Positions 14,181 through 22,603 of a stretch of DNA of 35,778 nucleotides are shown one piece after another. A program made the position numbers and the translations under genes. How positions within the stretch are numbered: position 1 is the stretch's first letter; every line of letters starts with the position of its first letter. The DNA is from a virus, in IMG/VR virus record IMGVR_UViG_3300037408_000251; one strand, given 5' to 3'. The notes under the pieces are model-generated. The model searched no databases. It saw only the letters and a list, made by a program, of their open reading frames with translations, and was not told where the DNA came from.

Positions 14181-16152
14181 GATTCGCAACCGCGTTAACG
14201 CCGCCGGAGAAAAATCCGCAGAGGTATTCATCTACGGCGACATCGGTGAGAGCTGGTGGGGCGAAACCGTCACCGCGTCAAACTTCGTCAAGGAGATCGC
14301 CGCTCTGGATGTGGACGCTATGACCGTGCGCATCAACAGCTACGGCGGCAGCGTATCCGACGGACTTGCCATCTACAACGCACTGCGCCGCCACAAGGCG
14401 AGCGTCACCACTGCAATCGACGGCGCCGCCTACAGCATCGCCAGCCTGATCGCCATGGCAGGCGACCAGGTGCAGATGGCGGAGAACGCCATGCTGATGA
14501 TCCACGCGCCATGGGGAGGCGTCATCGGCAACAGCGCCGAGATGCGCGAGTACGCCGACGTGCTCGACAAGATGGCCGTTGCCATGGCCAGCAGCTATGT
14601 CCAGCGCAGCGGCATGAGCATGGATGACGTACTGGCGCTGCTGCAGGATGGCGCTGATCACTGGTACACCGCCGCCGAGGCGCTGGAAGCCGGATTTGTC
14701 ACCCACGTCACCGACGCGCTCGCCATCGCCGCAAGCGGCAACAAAGAGATCACGCAGCACGCCTTCTGGGCGGCGCGTGCAAAAGCCTTCACGCCAGCCG
14801 CCGCGCCCGTGAAAAATCCCGCTGGATCCGCAGCAACACCGTCCCCGAAAGGAAACGATATGCCCATCGAAAACACCCCGGCGGCTGCACCCGTTACGCC
14901 CGCCACTGACCCCGCAGCAATCACCGCGCAGATCAACGCGCGCAACAAGGACCTGATTGAAACCGGCAAGGCCTACGCCAAGTTCGGCGGCGAAGCGCTG
15001 GCCATGCAGGCCGTCTCCGAAGGCTGGAGCCAGGAAGCCCTCAACGCCGCGCTGCTCAAGGCCGCCAGCGCCGGCCCTGCTCATGCATCCTATGGCCAGG
15101 GCGCGCGCAGCGACGAAAACCTGGACAAGAAGACCTTCGGCTTCAAGTCGTTCGGCGAATACGCATTCCATGTGCGCAATGCAGCACTCGGCAATGGCCG
15201 CATGGACCATCGCCTGAAGGCCGCCGCATCCACCTACGGCAACGAAAGCTCCGGCCCGGACGGCGGTTTTGCCGTGCCGACGCAGTTCGCCAGCGAGATC
15301 GCCAGCCTGGCGCTCGAAGAGCAAAGCCTGCTGTCCATGGCCGACGATACCCCGGTCAGCGGAAACAGCATGTCGTTCCCGCGCGACGAGACGACCCCGT
15401 GGGGCAGCACCGGCATTACCGCCACATGGGACGGCGAGGGCGAAACCGCCAACCAGAAAAAGCCCGTTCTCGGTCTCGACACCCTGCGCCTGAAAAAGCT
15501 GCGCGTCTTGGTGCCCGCCACCGACGAGCTGCTGGCCGATTCGACCGCGATGACCGCCCACCTCACCCGCAAGATGGGCGAGGCCGTGCTGTGGAAGACC
15601 AACGACGCCATCGTCAACGGCACCGGCGCAGGCATGCCGCTTGGCATTTTGAACGCCGTATCGCTGGTCGCCCAGGCCAAGGAAACCAGCCAGACCGCCG
15701 ACACCATCAACGCCACCAACGTCGCCAAGATGTACGGCCGCTGCATGAAGGGTGCCGGCGCCAACCTGGTATGGCTGGTCAACCCGGACGCCTATGCGCA
15801 GATCATCGTCATGACGCTGGGTGACCAGCCGATCTGGACCGCGCCGAACCAGGGCATCTCCGGCGCGCCTGACGGCCTGCTGATGGGCCGCCCGATCATC
15901 CTTACCGACGCCTGCGACACGGTCGGCGACCAGGGCGACATCATCCTCGCCAACATGGCCGGCTATCGCGCCATCACCAAGGCCGGCGGCGAGGAGTTCT
16001 CCGAATCGATGCATCTGTGGTTCGACCAGGACATCACTGCGTTCAAGCTGGTGTTCCGCATGGATGGCCAGCCCGCCCTGGCCGCCGCGGTCACCCCGCC
16101 GAACAGCGCAGTCACCCGCTCGCACTTCGTCGCCCTGGCCGCCCGCGCCTGA
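14164..16152 (+). CDS. Prohead protease (ClpP/S49-like) fused to an HK97-fold major capsid protein
   Basis: ORF 14080..16152 trimmed to MKKWYEIRN (AGGAG upstream). The N-terminal 190 aa are ClpP-like (INSYGGSVSDGLAIYNALR...SIASLIAMAGD...MIHAPWG). The C-terminal roughly 400 aa are HK97 MCP-like (GGFAVPTQFASEI...LRVLVPATDELLADS...). Confidence 0.85.
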   Translation: MKKWYEIRNRVNAAGEKSAEVFIYGDIGESWWGETVTASNFVKEIAALDVDAMTVRINSYGGSVSDGLAIYNALRRHKASVTTAIDGAAYSIASLIAMAGDQVQMAENAMLMIHAPWGGVIGNSAEMREYADVLDKMAVAMASSYVQRSGMSMDDVLALLQDGADHWYTAAEALEAGFVTHVTDALAIAASGNKEITQHAFWAARAKAFTPAAAPVKNPAGSAATPSPKGNDMPIENTPAAAPVTPATDPAAITAQINARNKDLIETGKAYAKFGGEALAMQAVSEGWSQEALNAALLKAASAGPAHASYGQGARSDENLDKKTFGFKSFGEYAFHVRNAALGNGRMDHRLKAAASTYGNESSGPDGGFAVPTQFASEIASLALEEQSLLSMADDTPVSGNSMSFPRDETTPWGSTGITATWDGEGETANQKKPVLGLDTLRLKKLRVLVPATDELLADSTAMTAHLTRKMGEAVLWKTNDAIVNGTGAGMPLGILNAVSLVAQAKETSQTADTINATNVAKMYGRCMKGAGANLVWLVNPDAYAQIIVMTLGDQPIWTAPNQGISGAPDGLLMGRPIILTDACDTVGDQGDIILANMAGYRAITKAGGEEFSESMHLWFDQDITAFKLVFRMDGQPALAAAVTPPNSAVTRSHFVALAARA

Positions 16153-16157
16153 TGACA

Positions 16158-16179
16158 GCCGCCCGGATCTCCGGGCGGC
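16158..16179 (+). terminator. Stem-loop after the capsid gene (possible attenuator, no T-run)
   Basis: GCCGCCCGG, loop ATCT, CCGGGCGGC: a 9-bp perfect stem. Confidence 0.4.
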
Positions 16180-16204
16180 ATAACTGACACTGAAAGGAAA
16201 AAAC

Positions 16205-16693
16205 ATGCCTCGTCTTATCGATAACGCCAAAGTCGTGATGGGTTCCCCCATCATCGGCGCGCTCGCAACCACCAATGGCGACTGCGATTACGTCAGCCTC
16301 AAGGGTTATTCCGGCTGCACCATCATCGTCAACGTCGACAATGCCACCACCGTCACCGGCGGCGCAATCACGCTCAAGCAGGCGACCGCCGTCGCTGGCA
16401 CCAGCGAAAAAGCGCTTGGCTTCTCGACCATGTTCGCCAACACCGATGCCGCCGCTGGCGACACGCTGACGGAAACGGCGGTCACGTCCGACACCTTTAC
16501 CACCGCCACCACCGACAACAAGAATCTGGTCTACGTCATCGAAGTCGATGCCAACGACCTGGACGTTGCCAACGGCTTCGACTGCCTGCGCGTCGATGTG
16601 CTGTCGATGGCCAACGCGGTCGGCACGGTGATGTACGTCCTCCACGGCGCACGTTACGCCAGCCCGGTCGCCACGGCTGCCATCACCGACTGA
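16205..16693 (+). CDS. Putative capsid decoration/cement protein (hypothetical)
   Basis: 162 aa, beta-rich, immediately after the MCP gene, followed by a second stem-loop (16714..16737). The function is positional inference. Confidence 0.7.
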   Translation: MPRLIDNAKVVMGSPIIGALATTNGDCDYVSLKGYSGCTIIVNVDNATTVTGGAITLKQATAVAGTSEKALGFSTMFANTDAAAGDTLTETAVTSDTFTTATTDNKNLVYVIEVDANDLDVANGFDCLRVDVLSMANAVGTVMYVLHGARYASPVATAAITD

Positions 16694-16765
16694 TAGCCGC
16701 ATCTGACCGTCTCGGCCGCCTTGCCAACAGGGCGGCCCGGACGATCAACCGCAGGGAGCAACAGC

Positions 16766-16927
16766 ATGGACCTCGCAGGCAAAAGAACCTACATCCTCGC
16801 ATTCGGCGCAGTCGTCGCCGCTGCCGTCGCATTCATGACCGGAGAGATGACGCTGGCCGAAGCGGTCAATGCCGCGCTGGTCGGCGCAGGCCTGGGTGCC
16901 CTGCGGGCCGGCGTGGCAGCCAAGTGA
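16766..16927 (+). CDS. 53-aa membrane protein (holin candidate)
   Basis: ORF 16721..16927 trimmed to MDLAGKRTYILAFGAVVAAAVAFMTGEMTLAEAVNAALVGAGLGALRAGVAAK, with GGGAG upstream. Confidence 0.5.
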   Translation: MDLAGKRTYILAFGAVVAAAVAFMTGEMTLAEAVNAALVGAGLGALRAGVAAK

Positions 16928-16933
16928 CGCAGC

Positions 16934-17230
16934 GTGAACGAAGAGCAAAAAGCCTTTGTGCGCGAAACGATCGGCGCGTGCCGCAATGAAGTCGAAAGCC
17001 GGATTGACGAGATCGAGCGCGTGATCGCCACGCACCAGATCACGCCCGAGCTGGCCGAGCAGATCGCCACCTCTGCGGCAATCAAGGCCAAAGCCATGAT
17101 CACTGATGGCGTCAAGATGGAGATCGCCGATGGCGCAATCGGCATCCTCAAGCGGGCGGCGCAAGTCGTCGCGCTGTTCCTCGTCGGTCTGATGTTTTGG
17201 GTGACCAGCAAACGCTGGCCGTGGGAATGA
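16934..17230 (+). CDS. 98-aa protein with C-terminal transmembrane anchor
   Basis: GTG start. The sequence ends ...AAQVVALFLVGLMFWVTSKRWPWE. Confidence 0.55.
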   Translation: MNEEQKAFVRETIGACRNEVESRIDEIERVIATHQITPELAEQIATSAAIKAKAMITDGVKMEIADGAIGILKRAAQVVALFLVGLMFWVTSKRWPWE

Positions 17231-17505
17231 GCTACACGAAAGACGCATTCAACTGGCTGATCGCCGCCATGCTCGCCTTCATAATCGCCTGGGCGTTCAT
17301 GATCTTTCACGCCCGCGAAAGCGAAGCCAACTGCGCCGAAAACCCCTGCCATCTTGACTACGAGCGCCGCCTGTCGGCAATCGAAGCGGCGATGGTCGCG
17401 CGCACCCAGGACCGCTACACCGGTACCGACGCCAAGCGCGACCTGCTGATCATCAACCAGCGCATCGACGCCCTGCAGCGCTTGCACCAGGAGCAGCACA
17501 GATGA
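17227..17505 (+). CDS. 92-aa type-II membrane protein (i-spanin-like candidate)
   Basis: Trimmed to MSYTKDAFNWLIAAMLAFIIAWAFMIF... followed by a charged helical segment. ATGA overlap with the upstream gene. Confidence 0.55.
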   Translation: MSYTKDAFNWLIAAMLAFIIAWAFMIFHARESEANCAENPCHLDYERRLSAIEAAMVARTQDRYTGTDAKRDLLIINQRIDALQRLHQEQHR

Positions 17506-17777
17506 TCCGCGCCATGATCGCCGCCGCCCTGCTGGCCCCGCTCGTCGCCATGGCCGTCGACTGGAAAGAGCACCCCTACGACAAGATCAGCCACGTCGCC
17601 ATCGGCGGCGCCCTGTCGTGCGCAGTCAGCGCCAAGACCGACAAGCCCTGGCTCGGCGTGCTCGCCGCGGTTATCGTCGGCACGGTCAAGGAGGCGACCG
17701 ACGACAACTTCGACGGCGGCGACCTCGCATCCTGGGGCGCAGGCGGCGCGCTCGGCGCCCTGTGCTGGAGGTGGTGA
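17502..17777 (+). CDS. 91-aa membrane protein with N-terminal signal-like segment
   Basis: MIRAMIAAALLAPLVAMAVDWKEH... with further hydrophobic Gly/Ala-rich segments. Confidence 0.6.
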   Translation: MIRAMIAAALLAPLVAMAVDWKEHPYDKISHVAIGGALSCAVSAKTDKPWLGVLAAVIVGTVKEATDDNFDGGDLASWGAGGALGALCWRW

Positions 17778-17778
17778 C

Positions 17779-17964
17779 ATGCGCAAGCTGACCGTCCACT
17801 TGAATATCTGGTTCGACGACATGGCCGCCGAGAACACCGACGACGCCCGCGATGCCGTCAAGCAGGCGCTGGTCAGTATGCACGAGCACTGCCAGGGCGA
17901 ACTCGCCACGGCATTGAATGACATCGGCGCGAAGAATGTGCGCCTCGAGACGGTGGTTTTCTGA
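17779..17964 (+). CDS. Hypothetical 61-aa acidic protein
   Basis: ORF in the track, tightly packed between its neighbours. Confidence 0.55.
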   Translation: MRKLTVHLNIWFDDMAAENTDDARDAVKQALVSMHEHCQGELATALNDIGAKNVRLETVVF

Positions 17965-18368
17965 TGAATATCGCGCCCGGATTCCTCACCCAGCTCGTCG
18001 CCGAAAAGGTCAAGGAGGGCGGCAGCTACTCGCGAACAAAATGGAAGCTGCGGCAGGATCTGGCATTCATGTCAGAAACCGCTGGCCTGATCGTCGCAGA
18101 AGAGGGCTTCGAAATGGACTTCGCATCCGTGCCGCGCCTGCCGCTGACATTCTGGCTCACCGGCGACACCGCCCACGCCAGCGCCGTCATCCACGACAAG
18201 CTGTGCCGCGACTGGGTGCCGCGTGGCTGGATCACCTGGGCCGGCGCCGCCGAAGTATTCCGCGAGGCGATGGAACACGAAGGCGTGCCGGCCTGGCGCC
18301 GCTGGCTGATGTACCAAGGCGTGCTCGGCGCCGACCCGGCAAAAAAACCTTGGGACCACGCCGCATGA
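17964..18368 (+). CDS. DUF1353-like protein
   Basis: 134 aa with FEMDFASVPRLP...ASAVIHDKLC...AAEVFREAM, matching the DUF1353 pattern (DGASIP, HD, AD-x-F-x-x-AM). Confidence 0.65.
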   Translation: MNIAPGFLTQLVAEKVKEGGSYSRTKWKLRQDLAFMSETAGLIVAEEGFEMDFASVPRLPLTFWLTGDTAHASAVIHDKLCRDWVPRGWITWAGAAEVFREAMEHEGVPAWRRWLMYQGVLGADPAKKPWDHAA

Positions 18369-18604
18369 AAACCCTCGCCGCCCTGCTCCTGCTCACCCTC
18401 ACCGGCTGCGCCAGCTTCGACAGCATGCAGGCCGCCGTCGCCACCCACGGCGCCAAGGCCGAAGACGAAGCCCGCGTCACCGCCGAGTGGACCTTGTGCA
18501 ACGCCATCAGCGTCGGCGCTTGGCGCAGGGCCTATGCCGGCAACGACGCCAAGGCCAGCGCCTGGGCCGTGCTGTGCGACCAGGCTGACGGGGTGCCGCA
18601 ATGA
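18365..18604 (+). CDS. 79-aa lipoprotein (o-spanin-like candidate)
   Basis: Own trimming of the 17918..18604 frame: MKTLAALLLLTLTGCASFDS... The lipobox is LTGC. ATGA overlaps on both sides. Confidence 0.6.
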   Translation: MKTLAALLLLTLTGCASFDSMQAAVATHGAKAEDEARVTAEWTLCNAISVGAWRRAYAGNDAKASAWAVLCDQADGVPQ

Positions 18605-19038
18605 ACCTCACCCGCTCATTCACCCTCGATGAACTGACGTTCTCGCAAGAGGCCGCCCGCAGCATGTTATCCAACCACCCCAGCGAGGCGCACCAGGCCA
18701 ACCTGCGCGCCCTGTGCGAGCGCGTGCTGCAACCGCTGCGCGACCACCTGCGCCAGCCCGTCGTCGTCACCAGCGGCTACCGCACGCCCACGATCAACAA
18801 GCGCATCGGTGGCGCGCGCGGCAGCCAGCACACCCGCGGCGAGGCGGCTGACATCTACGTCCCCGGCATGAGCACCGCCGTGCTGATGGACAAGATCCAG
18901 AGCCTGCACCTGCCGTTCGACCAGTTGATCGACGAGTTCGGCCGCTGGGTTCACGTCAGCCACACCGAGCACCCCCGCCGCAAGGTTCTCAAGGCGCGCA
19001 TCGAAGCCGGCAAAACCGTCTACCACGACATCACCTAA
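18601..19038 (+). CDS. Peptidase M15 family cell-wall hydrolase (endolysin candidate)
   Basis: 145 aa with VVVTSGYRTPTINKRIGGARGSQHTRGEAADIYVPG, the SGYR...SQH...AAD zinc-peptidase M15A signature. Confidence 0.8.
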   Translation: MNLTRSFTLDELTFSQEAARSMLSNHPSEAHQANLRALCERVLQPLRDHLRQPVVVTSGYRTPTINKRIGGARGSQHTRGEAADIYVPGMSTAVLMDKIQSLHLPFDQLIDEFGRWVHVSHTEHPRRKVLKARIEAGKTVYHDIT

Positions 19039-19052
19039 ACAGGAGTCATCAC

Positions 19053-19265
19053 ATGAAAATCGAAGCACTGACCACATTCCTCGACGGCCGCGACCGCTTC
19101 GAGGCCGGCGACGTTCGCACCGTATCCGACGAAGACGGCGCCCGCTTCTGCGCGGCAGGCTGGGCCAAGGACATCAGCGGCACCGTGCCGACGGGTGACG
19201 CCGCCACCGGCAGCGCCGACCTCGCCATCCACAACAGCACGCTCGGCACGTCCGACACCAATTAA
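19053..19265 (+). CDS. Hypothetical protein
   Basis: 70-aa ORF with AGGAG upstream. Confidence 0.6.
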   Translation: MKIEALTTFLDGRDRFEAGDVRTVSDEDGARFCAAGWAKDISGTVPTGDAATGSADLAIHNSTLGTSDTN

Positions 19266-19274
19266 GGAGCCATC

Positions 19275-19649
19275 ATGGCAAAATCTGTTCACGACGACGT
19301 TCTGGATGGCGCATTCGATGTGCTGGACCAGGGCAACATCATGGTCGCATGCTCGGCGCAGCCCACCACCCGCACCGAAGCGGTCACCACCTACGCACTC
19401 GCCGATGTGGCGATGACTGTCAACACCGACTACACCAAGGCCAACGGCGACACCAGCGGCCGCAAGGTCACGGTCGCGGCGAAGTCGAGCGTGCTCATCG
19501 ACACCAGCGGCACCGCCAACCACATCGCCATCTGCGACGGCACCCGGCTGCTTTACGTCACCACCTGCACCAGCCAGGCGTTGACGGCCAACGGCAGCAA
19601 CACCGTCAACTTCCCCGCGTGGGACATCGAGATCGCCGACCCGGCATGA
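19275..19649 (+). CDS. Hypothetical (probable virion) protein
   Basis: 124-aa ORF with AAGGAG upstream and high GC3. Confidence 0.65.
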   Translation: MAKSVHDDVLDGAFDVLDQGNIMVACSAQPTTRTEAVTTYALADVAMTVNTDYTKANGDTSGRKVTVAAKSSVLIDTSGTANHIAICDGTRLLYVTTCTSQALTANGSNTVNFPAWDIEIADPA

Positions 19650-19774
19650 TCCTGACATGGTGGCTCATCGCTCCCGTGCTGTGGGTGCCCGTTAGGGTTC
19701 CCCAGCCGAGGATGACGCCGCCAGTTATCAAGACACAACCCGCGCCCCTACCGGCCCGGACATGGTACGCATAG
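19646..19774 (+). CDS. Possible 42-aa membrane micro-protein
   Basis: Own translation: MILTWWLIAPVLWVPVRVPQPRMTPPVIKTQPAPLPARTWYA. ATGA overlap with the upstream stop. Weak support. Confidence 0.25.
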   Translation: MILTWWLIAPVLWVPVRVPQPRMTPPVIKTQPAPLPARTWYA

Positions 19775-19784
19775 GAGATAGAAC

Positions 19785-20273
19785 ATGCTGACGACTGAAC
19801 AACGCGCAACGCTCAAGGCTTTTGTGGAAGCCGACCCAACCCTTAACCAGATTCCAAAAACCTATGATGGTGCGTATGCGCTTGCTGATGCACTCAAGGT
19901 AGAAGCCTCGCCCGCTTTCATCGTATGGAAAACCAGCGTTACCCAAGACGAGATCATGCAGAACGGGTTCGATTGGGTGCGGGTGGATAACCTCTCTGTC
20001 GGCAAGGCCCGTATCTGGGAATGGCTGTTCGACAACCAATCTGCTACCTGCAACCCGAGCAAGATCAATGTCCGTTCAGGGATCGATGAGTGCTGGAAAG
20101 GGACTGCCGCTGACTTGGCTGTTCGTGCCGCTGTCTACGTCCACTGCAAGCGCAAAGCGAACCTTCTCGAAAAGCTGTTCGCTGTTGGCACTGGCTCGGA
20201 TGCCAGTCCCGCGACGATGGCGATTGAGGGTTCGGTGAGTTATCAGGAAGTCTACGAAGCGATGGGGTGGTAA
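19785..20273 (+). CDS. Hypothetical protein (low-GC block)
   Basis: 162-aa ORF with GGAGA upstream. GC is visibly lower than the backbone. Confidence 0.7.
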   Translation: MLTTEQRATLKAFVEADPTLNQIPKTYDGAYALADALKVEASPAFIVWKTSVTQDEIMQNGFDWVRVDNLSVGKARIWEWLFDNQSATCNPSKINVRSGIDECWKGTAADLAVRAAVYVHCKRKANLLEKLFAVGTGSDASPATMAIEGSVSYQEVYEAMGW

Positions 20274-20276
20274 ATC

Positions 20277-20786
20277 ATGGGAACCACGACAGTCAACTAT
20301 GCAGCAAACGCCACGATCACGATGGACTTGGCGAACCTGGCTACGTCTCCATCCTTCGTGGCTGGCCGTGAGTCTACGCAGATCGACAACACATCGAACA
20401 AATACATCGACGCTATGGTGAGTGGCAAGGTCAGTGTGGGCACCACGCCAACAGCAAACACGACAATCGCCGTTTATGTCTGGGGTGCGGATACCAGTTT
20501 GGCGACGACCGCCATTGACGTTCTGGATGGCACTGACTCTGCCGAGACATTGACCAACGTCGGCATTTTGGGTGCGCTCAAGTTCGGTGCGGCTGTTGCT
20601 GTGCCTGCGAACACAAGTGATGTGGCTTATGAGGTCTTGCCATTCAGCGTGGCAAGCCTGTTCGGTGGCGTCATGCCGAAATTCTGGGGCTTGTATGTGG
20701 CCCATAATACCGGTGTCAACTTGAGAAACTCAGCCGTCAATACTAATTCGTTCAAGTATGTTGGCGTCAAGTACGACTACGCATAA
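20277..20786 (+). CDS. Hypothetical beta-rich protein (low-GC block)
   Basis: 169-aa ORF, rich in T/S/N/V, starting 4 nt after the previous stop. Confidence 0.7.
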   Translation: MGTTTVNYAANATITMDLANLATSPSFVAGRESTQIDNTSNKYIDAMVSGKVSVGTTPTANTTIAVYVWGADTSLATTAIDVLDGTDSAETLTNVGILGALKFGAAVAVPANTSDVAYEVLPFSVASLFGGVMPKFWGLYVAHNTGVNLRNSAVNTNSFKYVGVKYDYA

Positions 20787-20796
20787 GGTCTAGCCA

Positions 20797-22326
20797 GTGG
20801 CTAATCTGATTCTCCCGAGCCGGTTTACTCAACAGCCGCAGTATCCGGTTGAGATTGATTGGAACAATTCATTCTCAAGAAACCTCATATTAGCGATTGC
20901 TGGCACACCATACGACCATGTGCGCGGCATATTGCTAAGTGGGACTGTTGGACAGTCAGCAGGAAAATCCGGTAGAAACACGAGCTTTAATGGTACGTCA
21001 GACTACTTAAACACAGGGATTACATTAAGCTCCGGCCCGTTATCCGGGGTGGTTATTGCAAACCAAAGAACTACCGCATCGGCTGGTAATCGGTGGATTT
21101 ACGCAGGCAACTTTGATGCTGGCCCAAACTTTAACAACTCCACGCACTTTTCATTGTGTGATGGTGCTGCAACGGCATCTCTTATTTCTGCTGGCGTAGA
21201 ACGCACTTATGGCTTTACCTATCGAGGCGGTTACGAAACTGCTGCTATTTATGCTGACGGCATATCACGCGCGACAGGAACACCTTCAGGATTAACGGCA
21301 GGGACTATATTTATCGGCGCGCAGTCAGCAGCGGCTGGATTTTGTGCTGTAAACATTCCTTATTTGGCATTATTTAAACGAGTTTTAACGAACCTCGATC
21401 ATGCTGAGTTAAACAACAACCCCTGGCAAATCTTCCGCAAGCGCCCGCAAATCCTGTATTTCGATGTCGGCGGCGGCGGGGCGACCGACCTCACCATCGC
21501 CGACGCCACCCACGGCCACAGCGCCGACAATGCCGTCCTGACATCCTCGCACCTGCTCACCGTAGCCGATGCGACCCACGCCCACAGCGCGGATAACGTA
21601 GCACTCAGCACCGCGATCCTGCTGGCCCTGGCCGATGCGCTGCACGGCCACACCGCCGACAACCTGACGCTCACCCTGGCCGGCAGCGAGGATCTGGTGA
21701 TCGCCGACGCCAGCCACGCGCACACGGCGGACAGCTTGAGCCTCACCACCCTGTCGGTGCTGGTCGTCGCCGAGGCGCTGCATTCGCACCTGGCCGACAA
21801 TGTGGTGCTGTCGCTGGCCGGCACCGAGAACCTGGTCATCGCCGACGCGGCCCACGCCCACAGCGCCGACAACCTCAGCCTCACCAGCCAGCTGGCGCTG
21901 ACCATCGCCGAGGCGACCCACGCCCACACCGCCGACGGCATCGTCATCACCAGCCAGCACGTCCTGGCCGTGGCCGACGCCCTGCACGCGCACCTGTCGG
22001 ACAACCTCACCCTGTCCGACGCGCCGAGCCTGACCATCGCCGAGGCGACCCACGGCCACGCCGCCGACAACCTGGCGCTGACCTCGGACAGCCTGCTCGC
22101 CATCGCCGACGCCGCGCACGCGCACCTGGCAGACGAGATCGAGCTGACCAGCGCGCACACCCTCGCCATCATCGAGGCGATGCATGCTCACCTGGCCGAC
22201 AACGTCACACTCAGCCTGATCACTCTGCGCGCCGTCGAGCTGCTCATCGCCGCCACCCGCGACACTACCCTGACCGCCGCTGCCCGCGACACCACCCTAG
22301 AGGCCCGCTATGAATTTCACGGATAA
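20797..22326 (+). CDS. Fibre-like protein: N-terminal LamG/concanavalin-like domain plus 11 tandem His-x-His repeats
   Basis: 509 aa, GTG start. The N-terminus carries FNGTSDYL...AAIYADG...IFIGAQ...ALFKRVLTNLDHAELNNNPWQIF, which is LamG-like from memory. From aa 231 the repeats have the form [IV]A[DE]AxHxHxADNxxL. Confidence 0.75.
   Translation: MANLILPSRFTQQPQYPVEIDWNNSFSRNLILAIAGTPYDHVRGILLSGTVGQSAGKSGRNTSFNGTSDYLNTGITLSSGPLSGVVIANQRTTASAGNRWIYAGNFDAGPNFNNSTHFSLCDGAATASLISAGVERTYGFTYRGGYETAAIYADGISRATGTPSGLTAGTIFIGAQSAAAGFCAVNIPYLALFKRVLTNLDHAELNNNPWQIFRKRPQILYFDVGGGGATDLTIADATHGHSADNAVLTSSHLLTVADATHAHSADNVALSTAILLALADALHGHTADNLTLTLAGSEDLVIADASHAHTADSLSLTTLSVLVVAEALHSHLADNVVLSLAGTENLVIADAAHAHSADNLSLTSQLALTIAEATHAHTADGIVITSQHVLAVADALHAHLSDNLTLSDAPSLTIAEATHGHAADNLALTSDSLLAIADAAHAHLADEIELTSAHTLAIIEAMHAHLADNVTLSLITLRAVELLIAATRDTTLTAAARDTTLEARYEFHG
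21487..22224 (+). repeat. Intragenic tandem repeat array, 11 units of 66 or 72 nt (22 or 24 aa)
   Basis: HxH pairs begin at protein residues 239, 261, 283, 307, 329, 353, 375, 397, 419, 441 and 463. Spacings are 22, 22, 24, 22, 24, 22, 22, 22, 22, 22. Confidence 0.9.
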
Positions 22327-22603
22327 AGACCCCAGCGAAGTGGTGCGCCTCGGCGTCGACTTCGCCAACCTGCTCGACACCGGCGAGACGATCAGCGGCG
22401 CCACCGTCACCGTGCGCAGCGCATCCGGCGTCGCCCAGGCCGCCATGCTTTCCGGCGGCGACGAGATCGACGGCAGCATCGTGCGCCAGCTGATCACCGG
22501 CGGCACTGCCGGGGTGAGCTACAAGGTGTCGTTCGTCATCACCACCAGCACCGGCCAGACGCTGGTCGAAGGCGCCAACCTGCGCGTCACCGAACGCGAT
22601 TAA
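22310..22603 (+). CDS. Small beta-sandwich-like virion protein (hypothetical)
   Basis: 97 aa: MNFTDKDPSEVVRLGVDFANLLDTGETISGATVTV...GVSYKVSFVITTSTGQTLVEGANLRVTERD. Overlaps the end of the previous gene by 17 nt. Confidence 0.65.
   Translation: MNFTDKDPSEVVRLGVDFANLLDTGETISGATVTVRSASGVAQAAMLSGGDEIDGSIVRQLITGGTAGVSYKVSFVITTSTGQTLVEGANLRVTERD

Noticed and set aside
14278-16275. 665-aa minus-strand ORF opposite the protease-capsid gene, and likewise 23402..24967 opposite the tail tube gene
   Set aside because: The same shadow-ORF reasoning applies. There are no motifs, and the translations are repetitive Gly/Arg/Ala sequences.
21399-22191. Two minus-strand ORFs of about 257-260 aa antisense to the HxH repeat region
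   Set aside because: These are open only because the repeat lacks stop codons in the reverse frames. The plus-strand frame is continuous with the upstream LamG-like domain.
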